Assembly (NCBI GenBank): GCA_030390025.1
Contig: CM059432.1
Coordinates: 114,888,001 to 114,952,000 of the forward strand
Reading direction: 5' to 3'
DNA: 64,000 nucleotides
Origin: Squalus acanthias
Lineage: Eukaryota
Shown here: positions 27,543 through 40,360 of the stretch, one piece after another
Layout of the letters: every line of letters starts with the position of its first letter
Numbering within the stretch: the first letter of the stretch is position 1
The notes under the pieces: model-generated
Told to the model about the DNA's origin: nothing
Databases searched by the model: none
Seen by the model: only the letters and a program-made list of their open reading frames with translations
Made by a program: the position numbers and the translations under genes

Positions 27543-30500
27543 GTTAACTCTGTTTCTCTCTCCATGGATGTTGCCTGGCCTGCTGAGTTTTTCCAGCACT
27601 TTCTGTTGTTATTTCAGTTTCCCAGCATCCGCAGTATTTTGCTATTGTATCAGTGTTTGGTTCACTGCCCCTTCTTCAGGGTGGGCATTCCTAGAAGAGA
27701 AGTTCTGCTCCTCTTCGACGGGATCTCCGTTTGGCTCTTCAACCTTGTTCATCTTCATTGCTTTCAGTTTCCCTTCTCGTGTTTGATCAGGTATCTGCCA
27801 AGACTCTGTTTCACAGCCATATCATTTTCCTCAGCAACTGTCTCCGGTTCCGACTTATCCCACGTGGATTCCAACTAAACTTCCACCCTTCGTGTTTCAG
27901 ATCCACCCAGGATTACAAATATCTCCAAGATATTCATTGTTCCTCGAACTACTGCTCTTGCCATGCGGCGCCACATGAACACTCTCGACCTCTCTCTTCA
28001 GCAGCACCGACGCACTCTATCTCAAAGCTGTCCGGGTCCACAGTTCCATTTCATCCTGAGACTCATCCGACGCTTCAACAAAAAACTTTTTTTCTTCCTT
28101 TCCGATGTCAAGGATCGCAAGCTTCATCAACACTTGAACACCAACGCCCCTCCGGAACCTTCTTCCCCTTCACTTTCCTCTGACCCTCCCCCCTTCTCCC
28201 AATCTCACCCCCTGCCGCGTTTTCACTATCCCCTCTGACCTTCCCCTCTCTGACCCCGAACGATCAGTCCTCAGCAAAGGCCTGAGCTTCATCCCCTTAT
28301 GCCCCCACCTCAATAAATTTCGAGCTCGGCACGATGCTGAGCTCTTTTTCCACCGCCTTCGTCTCCATGCCCACTTCTTTGGCCAGGAGTCATCCCCCCC
28401 GCACGGCTGACCCTTTCTCCCGCTTTCAGAATTCTCGTTCCACCTGGACCCCTCCCTCTGGCCTCTTACCCTCTCTAGATCTTTTCATTGCTAACTGCCG
28501 CCGTGACATCAGCCGTCTCAATTTCTCTGCTCCCCTCACTCACACCAACCGACTTCCCTCTGAACTTGCAGCACTCCATTCTCTCAGATCCAACCCCGAC
28601 ATTGTCATTAAACCTGCTGACAAAGGTGGTGCTGTTGTTGTTTGGCGAACCGACCTCTACCTAGCGGAAGTTGAACGCCAACTCTCCGACACCTCCTCCT
28701 ACCTCCACTTGGACCATGATCCCACTACCGAACATCAAGCCACCGTTTCCAAGACTGTCACTGACCTCATCTCCTCTGGAGATCTTCCCCCCCCTATGGC
28801 CGCCAACCTCATAGTTCCCCAACCCCGCACAGCCTGCTTCTACCTCCTTCCCAAGATCCACAAACAGGACTGCCCTGGTAGACCCATCGTTTCAGCCTGT
28901 TCTTGCCCCACGGAACTTATCTCTTCCTATCTCGACTATTTTTTCTCCCCTGGTGCAGTCTCTTCCCACCTACAACTCCTCTGACGCCCTCTGCCACTTT
29001 AACAGTTTCCAGTTTCCTGGCCCCAACCGCCTCCTTTTCACCATGGACGTACAATCCCTCTACACCTCCATCCCCCACCAGGATAGCCTGAGGGTGCTCC
29101 GCTTCTTCCTTGAACAGAGGCCCAACCAGTCCCCATCCACCAGCACCCTCCTCCGCCTGGCTGAACTTGTTCTCACATTGAACAACTTCTCCTTTGACTC
29201 CACTCATTTCCTCCAAATCAAAGGTGTTGCTATGGGTACCCGCATGGGTCCCAGCTATGCCTGCCTTTTTGTGGGATATGTGGAACACTCTTTGTTCCAG
29301 TCCTACTCGGGTCCCCTCCCTCACCTCTTTTTCGGTGCCGTTTCCTGCTCTCGCCCTGAACTAGACAATTTCATTCACTTTGCCTCCAATTTTAACCCTT
29401 CCCTCACCTTCACATGGTCCATCTCCGACTCTTCCCTTCCCTTCCTCGACTTCTCTGTCTCCATCTCTGGGGATAGGTTATTGACCAACATTCACTATAA
29501 GCCCACTGACTCCCACAGCTACCTGGACTACACTTCCTCCCACCCTGCCTCCTGTAAGGACTCTATTCCCTTCTCCCAGTTTCTCCGTCTCCACCGCATC
29601 TGCTCCGACGATGCCACCTTCCATACCAGTGCTTCCGACATGTCTTCCTTTTTCCTCAAACGAGGATTCCCCTCTACCGTGGTTGACACAGCCCTCGACC
29701 GTGTCCGTTCTATCTCCCGCACTTCTGCCCTCACCCCAGCCCCTCCCTCCCGGAACCACGATAGAGTTCCCCTTGTCCTCACCTTTCACCCCACCAGCCT
29801 CCACATTCAACGGATCATCCTCCGCCATTTCCGCCACCTCCAACGTGATCCCACCACCAAACATATCTTCCCCTCGCCTCCCCTTTCAGCATTCCGTAGG
29901 GACCGCTCCCTCCGAGACACCCTAGTCCACTCCTTTATCACCCCCAGCACCCCTTCCCCCTCACCCGGCACCTTCCCGTGCAAGCACAGGAGATGCAACA
30001 CCTGCCCTGAAACATCCCCCCTTTCTGCTGTCCAGGGCCCCAAACACCCCTTCCAGGTGAAACAGCGATTTACTTGTACTTCTTGCAATCTAGTATACTG
30101 TATTCGCTGCTCACGATGTGGTCTCCTCTACATTGGGGAGACCAAACGCAGATTGGGTGACCGCTTTGCGGAACACCTCCGTTCAGTCCGTAAGGGTGAC
30201 CCCGAGCTTCCGGTCGCCTGTCAGTTTAATTCACCGCTCCACTCCCACTCAGACCTCACCGTCCTCGGCCTCTTGCATTGTTCCACGGAAGCTCAGCGTA
30301 AGCTCGAGGAACAGCACCTCATCTTCCGATTAGGCACTTTACAGCCTTCCGGACTCAATATCGAGAACAATTTCAGATCATAACCTCGGACCCTACCATA
30401 TATATGTATTTTATCCACACTTTTGGTTTGTGCCTTTTCCCTTTTTTCTCTCTCCCACATGGCAGCTGTCTTTCATTCTGCCAGCGCATTTCACACTTCT

Positions 30501-30664
30501 GAGCCATCTTTTGTTTCTTAACCTGTCCTATTACCATCTTGTCTCGCCTTGAGCATCTCTTAATGTCTCTACTTCTCACAGACCTCCCCTTTTGTTCTTC
30601 TATTCCTTCCCCCAGCCTCCAACTTGCTTTTTCATCAGTTTCATTTCCTGCTTTTTTCTCAGTT

Positions 30665-30690
30665 CTGACGAAGGGTCTTCGACCTGAAAC
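30665..30690 (+). ncRNA. Minimal hammerhead ribozyme core in the 3' Penelope terminal repeat
   Basis: Same CTGACGA...GAAAC core as at 27517. Confidence 0.7.
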
Positions 30691-33600
30691 ATTAACTCTG
30701 TTTCTCTTTCCACGGATGTTGCCTGGCCTGCTGAGTTTTCCCAACGCTTTCTGTTATTTCGGGTTTCCAGCATCCGCAGTATTTTGCTATTGTAGAACAG
30801 ATGAATGCGTGGCTGGAGAGATGGTGCAGGAGGGAGGGCTTTATAATTCCTGAGGCATTGGGACCGTTTCTGGGGAAGGTGGGACCTGTACAAGCTGGAC
30901 GGGTTGCACCTCAACCGAGCCGGGACCAATATTCTCGCGGGCAGGTTTGTTAGTGCTGTTGGGGAGGGTTTAAACTAACTTGGCAGGAGGATGGGCACCA
31001 GCATATAGGAGTAGAAAAGAGGAAGAAGGTACATAAAAGAGTGAGTGTGTTGGATAGTACTAGAGGCGGTAGTAGTACCATATTAGATAGGAGCAGACTA
31101 AGAAAGACTACGGAAAATTCAAAAATGGGTTTAGAATGCATGTATATAAACGCACAAAGTGTGGTGAATAAGGTTGGTGAGCTACAAGCACAATTAGCTG
31201 TGGCAATAACGGAAACGTGGCTTAAAAAAGGTGAGGACTGGGCACTTAATATTCAAGGGTACAGGGTGTTCAGAAAAGATAGGGAAGGAAAAAAGGGAGG
31301 TGGGGTGGCAGTGCTGATTAAGGAAGACATTGTAGTGTTGGAAAGGGAGGATTTTCTTGAGGGGACAAGGACAGAATCCATTTGGTTAGAGTTGTGGAGC
31401 AAAAAGGGTATGATCACGCTATTGGGGGTATTCTATAGGCCTCCAAATAGTTAGAGGGAGGTAGAGGAGCAAATCTGCAGGGAAATCGCAGAGACACAAG
31501 AGCTATAGAGTGGTGATATTGGGGGAATTTAATTACCCAAATATCGATTGGGATAATGCTAGGGTAAAGGGAAAGGAGGGGGAGGAATTTCAGAAATGTG
31601 TTCAGGAGAATTTCCTTGACCAGTATGTTCTTGGCCCAACTAGGAAGGAGGCATTGCTGGATCTGGTGCTGGGGAATGAGGTGGGCCAGATCGACCAAGT
31701 GTCTGTGGGAGAACACTTGGGTACGAGTGATCAGTGTATCATAAGATTTAGATTAGCAATGGAGAGGAGCGTGGAACTTCTAAACTGGAATAGGGCTAAC
31801 TTCAATGGGATGCAAAAGGATCTAGCCAGGGTAAAATGGAACCAAAAACTGACAGGAAAAACTAACGAAACAATGGGTGATCTTTAAGGAGGAGAGGAGA
31901 TGTTCCAAGTTCAGGCTAGGTACATTCCAACAAGAGGGAAAGGTAAGGGAACCAAAGCAAAGGCTCCTTGGATGACGAGGGAGATAGAGAAGATGACAAA
32001 ACAAAAAAAGAGGGTGTATGATGCATGTCAGGTGAATTCTTCAAGGGAGAATCAGACCAAATACAATAAGTTGAGAGGGGATGTGAAGATGAAAATAAGA
32101 TTGGCAAAGAGAGAAAATGAGAGTAGATTGGCAGTTAACATAAAAGGGAACCCAAAAATCTTCTACCGGCATGTAAACACTAAGCGGGTAGTAAGAGGCG
32201 GGGTGGGGCCTATTCAAGACAAAGGTGATATATGCTTAGAGGCGCAGGGCAGTGTTAGCAAACACCGAAACAAAGTACTCATTGAGTATTCGAAGGAGGT
32301 GGATGCTGACAAAATATCGGTAGAAGTGGAAAAGGTAGAAGGAATGGAAGGGGTGAAAATTGATAGACAGGATGTACTAGAAAGGCTGGGTATGCTTAGA
32401 GTGGACAAGTTGCCTGGTCCAGATGGCTTGCATCCCAGGTTGCTAAGGGAATTGGGGGAGCAGATAGCGGAAGGGCTTGCCATAATTTTCCAATCTTCCC
32501 TAGATGCGGGGGAGGTGCCTGAGGATTGGAAAGTGGCAAATGTAATACCATTGTTCAAGACAAGTCAAGAAGGTGTAAGGACAATCCTAGTAACTACAGG
32601 CCGGTCAGTTTAACATCAGTGGTGGGTAAAGTTTTAGAAGGAAAAAATTAACGGGCATTTGGAGAGGTTTAAGCTAATTAAGGAGAGCCAACACGGGTTT
32701 GTAAAAGGAAGATTGTGTTTGACTAATCTAATTGAATTTTTTGCTGAAGTAACAGAGGATTGATGAAAGGAATGCAATGGATGTTGTCTACATGGATCTT
32801 TGGAAGGCATTTGACAAAGTACCACATAGAAGGCTGGTTAACAAAATTGAAGCTCATGGAATAGGTGGGTCAGTGGCAGCTTGGATAAGGAATTGGTTTA
32901 AGGACAGAAAACAGCGAGTTGTGGTAAATGGCTGTTTTTCAGACTGGAGGATGGTAGACAGTGGTGTTCCCCAAGGGTCAGTGCTGGGGCCACTGCTTTT
33001 TTTGATATATATAAATGACCTGGATATTGGAATACAGAGTAGAATTTCTAAATTTGCCGATGACACCAAACTTGGGGGTGTAGCAAACAGTGATGATGAT
33101 GATATCAATCAACTGCAACAGGACATAGAAAGACTAGCAGAATGGGCAGACAACTGGCAGATGGAATTTAATACAGAGAAGTCTGAGGTGATGCATTTTG
33201 GCAGAAGGAACCGGGAGAGGCAATATACACTTAATGGCACAGTTTTAAAGAGTGTGCAGAGACAGAGGGACCTGGGAGTTAATGTGCATAGGTCCCTGAA
33301 GGTGGTGGGACATACTGAGAGAGTGGTTAACAAAGCATACGAGATCTTGGGCTTCATAAATAGAGGTATTCAGTACAAAAGTAGAGAAGTTATGCTGAAC
33401 CTTTATAAAGTGCTGGTTAGACCACAACTGGAGTATTGCGTCCAGTTCTGGTCACCACACTTTAGGAAGGATGTGAAGGCCTTGAGAGGGTGCAGAGGAG
33501 ATTTACCAGAATGGTTCCGGGGATGGGGGATCTTAGCTACAAGGACAGGTTGGAGAAGCTGAATTTGTTTTCATTGGAGCAAAGGAGGTTGAGGGGTGAT

Positions 33601-36179
33601 TTGATAGAGGTGTACAAGATTATGACGGGTTTGGATAGGCTAGACTGGAAAAGGCTGTTCCCACTAGTTGATGGTACAAGGACTAGGGGACACAATAAGG
33701 TTTTGGGCAAGAGGTACAGGGGGGATGTGAGGAAAAACTTTTTTAGACAGCGAGTGGTGATGACCTGGAATTCGCTGCTGACGGAAGTGGTGGAACCAGA
33801 GACACTCAATGTTTTCAAGGGGAGACTGGATAGGCACTTGAGGGAAATAAACTTGCAGGGCTGCGGGGATAGAGCGGGGGAATGGGACTGACTGGATTGC
33901 TCTACAGAGAGCCGGCATGGACTCGATGGGCCAAATGGCCTCCTTCTGTGCCGTTATGACTCTAAGGCGGGGGGGTCCATTTAATGTCATGTTCACCTGT
34001 GCGAGGTTTGAGTGGAGTGTGGATTTCCAACAGCGGGGACTTCAAATCAGTGTTGCACACTGATTCGCGTCATGATCTGCCTGCTCTGCATGCTGCCGAC
34101 GCTCGTTAGGCACACGCACACACGCAAACCCTTTTACCAAGATGGCGTCCTGCGCATTTCCCATCGGAAGTGTGTGCACGTATCTACCGACATCAGGACT
34201 TGGAATTAAACATTGCAGGGTATAAAATATTTAGAAAAGGTGGAGTACCTCTTATCAGAGATAACAATGGCAGTAGAAAAAAGTGACACAGCTATCAGTA
34301 AGACAGAAATGAAATCCATGTGGATAGAAATAAAGGATCAATCACACTAATAGGGGTAGTCTACAGACCACCTAATAGTGGAAGGGAGGTGGAGGATGAA
34401 ATATGCAAACACATTAGGGAAATGAGTGAAAAAAAGAATAATAATCATGGGGGAGTTCAACTACCCCGAAATTAATTGGACATAAGAGCTAAGTAAAGGG
34501 GATAAGTGAATGGAGCTCCTGCAATGTGTACAGGTCTCCTTTCGAACCCAGTATGTAAGAAGCCCGACAAGGGAGATTCGCTACTGGATCTATTAATGGG
34601 GAATGAACCAGAAGTAAAAGTAGGGGAACATCTCGGCAATAGTGACCATATATTATGCTTTAAGGTAATAATTGAGAAGGACATAAGTATGACGAAGATT
34701 GGAGAAAAGCTGATTTTGAGGAGCTGAGAATAGAACTTGGGAAAATAAAATGGATAACAATATTGGCAAACAACAGCAGCAATGGGAAACATTTAAAACA
34801 ATGTTCAACAGAGTCCAAGAAAAATGTATTCTGCTAAAAAAAACAGAACTAAATACTAATGTGACACCATGGATAAATAAATACATAAGGGAAAAATTGA
34901 GGGTAAGGAAAGAGGCATACACTAAGTACATGGACAGCAAGGGAGAATAAGAGATTAGGAGAGAAGTCGAAAAACAATTCGGAAAACAAAGAGGAACTAT
35001 GAAACTAAGTTATCAAGGAACATAAAACAAAATAGTAAAATATTCTACAGGCACATGAATTAAAAAAAGGAAAGTCAGGATGGGAATAGGACCACTAAGG
35101 GATGGACAGGATAAAATCACAGGCAGCAACAAAATGGCAGAAATATTAAATAATTACTTTGCTTCAGTATTTACCATAGAGACAGATCAGGTGGCTATGA
35201 CATCAAAAGATGAGATTAGAAATGATATAACTGCATTTGAAATAAAAAGAGGAATATTAAATAAACTAATCAAACTCAAAGGATAAAACCACTGGTCCAG
35301 ACAGATTACATCTTTGTCTTTTACAAGAATCCAGGGAAGAGATAGCAGAGGCACTATTACACATATTTAATAATTCATTAGAAAAAGGTATCGTGCTAGA
35401 GGACTGGCGGATAGCTAATGTAATACCTTTATTTAAGAAGTGAGATAAAACATGTCCAGGGAGCTACAGACCAGTCAGCTTAACATTGGTGGTAGGAAAA
35501 ATAATGGAATCCATACTAAAGGAGAAAATAGATAAACATCTAGAAATCAAAACTATAATAATCAATAGTCAGCATGGAATTCAAAATCTTGTTTGACCAA
35601 CTTCATTGAATTCTTCGAAGAGGTAACAGCGAGAGTAGATAAGGGTACTGCGGTAGATGTAATTTATCTAGATTTCCAAAAGGCGTTCGATAAGGTGCCA
35701 CATTATAGATTAATAAATTATTCAACCTTGTGTGGCTATACGCAACTTGTCCCTCCAAGAGGTTGGACACGGACCGCTCGGGGATTGCTTAACTATTCAG
35801 ATTAATGAATAAGGGTAGCTGCAGTCGCACTTGTTCTAAGTTTTAACTTATTAGAGCATATGGAGTCAGGGGACAAATGGATAGCTATGGATAACTAGCT
35901 GGCTGCAAGACAGCAGAGAGTAGGGGTAAAGGGTAGCTATTCAGAGTGGCAGAAGGTGGAAAGTAGGGTCCCATAAGGATCAGTGCTGGGTCAACTGTTG
36001 TTCACAATTTATATTAACGATTTAGACTTTGGAATCAAAAACATAATTTCTAAATTTACGGATGACACCAAATTGGGGGGATAGGTAATACTGAGGAGGA
36101 CTGCAACAAATTACAAGAAGACATTAATAAACTTGCAGAATGGGCATATAATTGGCAAATTAATTTCAACACATAAATT

Positions 36180-38036
36180 AGCGAAAAATATAAACGGATT
36201 GTAAAAGCTTCTATAGGTATGTGAAAAGGACAAGACTAGCGAAGGTAAATGTCGGTCCTTTACAGTCAGAGACGGGAGAATTTATAATGGGGAATGAGGA
36301 AATGGCAATGAAATTAAATAAATACTTTGTTTCTGTCTTCGCGGAGGAAGACACAAAAAACCTCCCAGAAATACGAGAAAACCAAGGGTGTGGCGAGAAT
36401 GAGGAACTTAAAGAAATGATTATTAGTAAAAATACAGTACTAGCAAAATTAATGGGACTAAAAGTCGATAAATCCCAAGGACCGGATGACCTACATCCTA
36501 GGGTTTTGAAAGAGGTGGCCATTGGGATAGTGGACGAATTGGTTGTCATCTTCCAAAATTCTATAGATTCTGGAACGGTTCCTGCAGATTGGAGGATAGC
36601 AAATGTAACCCCGCTAATTAAGAAAGGTGGGAGAGAGAAAACGGGGAACTACAGGCCTGTTAGCCTCACATCAGTAGTTGGGAAAATGCTGGAATCTATT
36701 ATAAAGGATGCAATAACTGGGCACTTAGAAACTAATAGTAAGATTGGGCAGAGTCAACATGGATTTATGAAAGGGAAATCCTGTTTAACAAACCTATTGG
36801 AGTTCTTTGAGGATGTAACTAGTGGAGTAGACAAAGGGGAACCGGTAGATGTGGTGTATTTGGATTTTCAGAAGGCCTTCGATAAGGTCCCACACAAGAG
36901 GTTGGTGAACAAAATTAGGGCACATGGAATTGGGGGTAATATACTGGCATGGATTGAGAATTGGTTAACAGACAGAAAACAAAGAGTAGGGATAAATGGG
37001 TCTTTTTCAGGATGGCAGGCTGTGACTAGTGGGGTACCGCAAGGATCGGTGCTTGGGCCCCAGCTATTCACAATCTATATCAATGATTTGGATGAGGGGA
37101 CTAATGTAACATTTCCAAATTTGCTGATGATACAAAGCTAGGTGGTACTGTCAGTTGTGAAGAGGCTTCAAGGGGATCGCGACAGGCTCAGGTGAGTGGG
37201 CGAGAACATGGCAGATGGAATATAATGTGGATAAATGTGAAGTTAACCACTTTGGTAGAAAAAACAAAGGCAGAATATTTCCCAAATGGTGAAAGATTGG
37301 GGAATGCAGATGCTCAAAGGGACCTGGGTGCCCTTGTACATGAGTCACTGAAAGTGAATGTGCAGGTGCAGCAAGCCATTCGGAAGGCAAATGGTATGCT
37401 GGCCTTCATTACAAGAGGATTTGAGTACAGGCGTAAAGAAGTCTTACTCCAATTATATAGGGCCTTGGTGAGACCACACCTGGAGTACTGTGTACAATTT
37501 TGGTCTCCTTACCTAAGGAAGGATATACTTGCTACAGAGGGAATGCAACAAAGGTTCACGAGATTGATTTGTGGGATGGCGGGACTGTCGTATGAGAAGA
37601 GATTGAGTAAACTAGGCCTGTATTCTCTTGAATTCAGAAGAATGAGAGGGGATCTCATTGAAGCATACAAAATTATTACAGGGCTTGATAGGGTGGATGC
37701 TGGGAGAATGTTTCCCTTGGCTGGGTAGTCTAGAACCAAGGGCCACAGCCTCAGGATAAAGAGTAGGCCATTCAGGACTGAGATGAAAAGATATTTCTTC
37801 ACACAGAAGGTGGTGAATCTTTGGAATTCTCTACCCCAGAGGGCTGTGGAGGCTCAGTCATTGGGTATATTCAAAACAGAAGTCGATAGATTTCTGACTA
37901 GTAAGGACATCAAGGGATATGGCGATACAGCCGGTGAATGGAATTGAGGCAGAAGATCAGCCATGATCTCATTGAATGGTGGAGCAGGCTCGAAGGGCCG
38001 AATGGCCTACTCCTGCTCTTATTTATGTTCTTATGT
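36180..38036 (+). mobile_element. Younger 5'-truncated CR1 nested in the older CR1
   Basis: 306-aa and 178-aa RT ORFs closely similar to the 14975-16838 copy, ending in a TTATGTTCTTATG tail. Confidence 0.93.
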
Positions 38037-38389
38037 ATTACATTTTGGTAAGAAAAATAAGGAGATCACTTATTACTTGGAAAATAATCTAAATGGGGTA
38101 GAGGAACAAAGGGATCTCGGAGTAATAATACACAAATCACTAAAAGTTGTGATGCAGGTTAATAAGGCCATAACAAAAGCAAAGCAAGCACTCAGGATTA
38201 TTTCTAGTGGGATAGAATTGAAAAGTAGAGAAGTTATGCTAAACTTGTATCGAATCTTGGTTCGACCACACTTGGAGTACTGTTTACAATTCTGGTGCGC
38301 CAGATTATAAAAAGCGATATAGAGGCACTGGCAAGGGTGCAAAAAAGATTTACAAGGATGGTACCAGAAATGTGAGGTTATATCTATAG

Positions 38390-38712
38390 AAAGAAAGACT
38401 TAAATTTATATAGCGCCTTTCACTACCACCGGACGTCTCAAAGCACTTTACAGCCAATGAAGTACTTTTGGAGTGTAGTCACTGTTGTAATGTGGGATAC
38501 GCGGCAGCCAATTTGTGCACAGCAAGCTCCCACAAACAGCAATGTCATAATGACCAGATAAACTGTTTTTGTTATGTTGATTGAGGGATAAATATTGGCC
38601 AGGACACTGGGGATAACTTCCCCTGCTCTTCTTCAAAATAGTGCCATGGGATCTTTTATGTCCACCTGAGAGAGCAGACGGGGCATCGGTTTAACGTCTC
38701 ATCCAAAAGACA
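38390..38712 (-). mobile_element. 5'-truncated DeuSINE-like (SacSINE1-like) SINE inserted in CR1
   Basis: Interrupts the CR1 reading frame and has a (TTTC)n tail on the minus strand. Related pieces occur at about 14470-14600, 20510-20930, 23750-23860 and 59390-59460. Confidence 0.75.
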
Positions 38713-39839
38713 GATCAGGAAAAGATGAACAGGCTGGGACTCTTTTTTTCTCTTGAAAATAGAAGTCTGAGGGGTGACCTAATAGAGGTCTTTAAAATGA
38801 TGAAAGTTTCGATAGAGTAGACACGGAGAGAGTGTTTCTACTTGTGGGGAAGAGCAAAACTACAGGCCATCAATATAAAAGGCAGTCACCAAGAAATCAA
38901 ATCGGGAATTCAGAAGAAACTTATTTACCCAGAGAGTGGTGAGAATGTGGAACTCGCTACCACAGGGAGTGGTTGAGGTGAATAGTTTAGATGCATTTAA
39001 GGGGAGGCTGGACAAACATATGAGGGAGAAGGGAATGGAGGGTTATGCTGATAGAGTTAGATGAAATTGGATGAGGAAATATGGGAGGAGGTTCAAGTGG
39101 AGCATAAATGCCGGCATGGACTGGTTGGGCCAAATGGCCTGTTACTGTGCTGTATATTCTAGGTAATTCTCTGTAAACCAATGCAACCACTCTCTATCCC
39201 AATCATTTTTTTCTACATTTTGGGGATGCTTTTCCTGTAATTTTTCTTATGTACAGACATGAATGGAACATTAAAATGCTAAACTAGTTTAATTCCAGCT
39301 GTGTATGCAGTAAAATCACTATGGAGATACAGGAAAACGTACAGTAGAAGGAAAAGTAAATGACATAGAATATTCATAACTTACGTTGCTTTTCTGTCTT
39401 TTCATGCAGTTCACTTCCCACCCCTCCTGGAGCACTTATTTCTTGCTGCAGTATGGCTCTATGGGGGCTAACCTCACCCAAGTGGCCATTCTTCATGTGG
39501 TAAGCCGAGAGAGTGAGTGGCAGGAGGGGACTTTGTGACCATGGTGGGGCATTGCAGTTGAAGCCAATTCTGTTCGCACCTGATGTGCATATTCACATGC
39601 TTTCCAGAAGTGGTCACTGGATAGTGATCAGGAGCAGGAAACTTGCTGTATTTTCCTTTCCCTGGTCAAGGTGTATTGATGCAATTGTAGCATAATTATT
39701 GTTACCCTGGCTATGATCATATAACTCAGCATAAACCAAGTATTATGCTGCTCTGTATAACTGTCATACTGTATAACTCAGTCACATCTAGCTGGACCAC
39801 ATAAGCACATAAAGCACTACTGGGTCCTGAATGCAAAGA

Positions 39840-40360
39840 TAATCCCTGGCTTCTCTTCACTACAAACCGTCTTCTTAAACCCCTCTTCCCTGCCCCTTCC
39901 ACGCTCAGCTCCAACAATAAGTGCAAGGAGCTTGTGGACTTCTTTGTCACTAAGAGTGAGACCATCTATTCAGCTGCTTCTGCTGCTTCCCTCCCTTTCC
40001 CTCGCCAACCAAGCCAAACTTCCCCTAAGGTTCCCGTCTGACCTGTCTGCAGCCATTTGACATGGTTGACGACACTCCAAAAACTCTCCTCCATCATGCA
40101 GCTGGGTGGGATTGCCTGGTTCCATTGGCTTCTTTTCCCGCTTCCACACCGTTACCTTGAGTTCCCCAAGGATCTATCCTTGGCCTCTTCCTATTTCTCA
40201 TCTACGTGCTGCCCCTCGGCGACATTATCCAAAAACATGTCAGATTCCACATGTACGCTGATGATACCCAGCTCTAATTCACCACCACCTCTCTGAACCC
40301 TCCATTGCCTCTGATTTATCATGCTGCTATCTGACATCCAGTGCTGGATGAACAGACATT
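39840..40360 (+). mobile_element. L2-clade LINE fragment
   Basis: GVPQGSILG...[10 protein letters not shown]...[10 protein letters not shown] motifs, degenerate. Confidence 0.75.

Larger units (their letters stand above)
27240..30792 (+). mobile_element. Penelope-like retroelement (Neptune type), RT plus GIY-YIG endonuclease
   Basis: KPADKGG, YLLPKIHK, TMDVQSLYTSIPH and GVAMGT motifs, a CxxxxCxxC linker, and NLVYCIRC...LYIGET. Direct terminal repeats at about 27417-27647 and 30565-30792, with an inverted copy at 27240-27420. 13-bp TSD TAGAACAGATGAA (27227-27239 / 30793-30805). Confidence 0.95.
26251..33963 (+). mobile_element. Near full-length CR1 LINE (ORF1 plus ORF2, degenerate), containing a Penelope insertion
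   Basis: ORF1 from ATG 26471 has a CxxC motif and SGNH-esterase motifs (IVVGDSIVRG, VVHIGTND). ORF2 has APE motifs (YINAQS, AITETWL) and RT motifs ([18 protein letters not shown]). 3' tail at about 33920-33963. Flanked by Harbinger-like subterminal sequence (about 26030-26250 and 33964-34186). Confidence 0.92.
34187..39170 (+). mobile_element. Older degenerate CR1 ORF2, split by a younger CR1 and a SINE
   Basis: APE and RT remnants with many stops at 34187-36180. The frame resumes at about 38036 (LHFGKKN) and ends in a CR1 3' tail. Confidence 0.88.
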
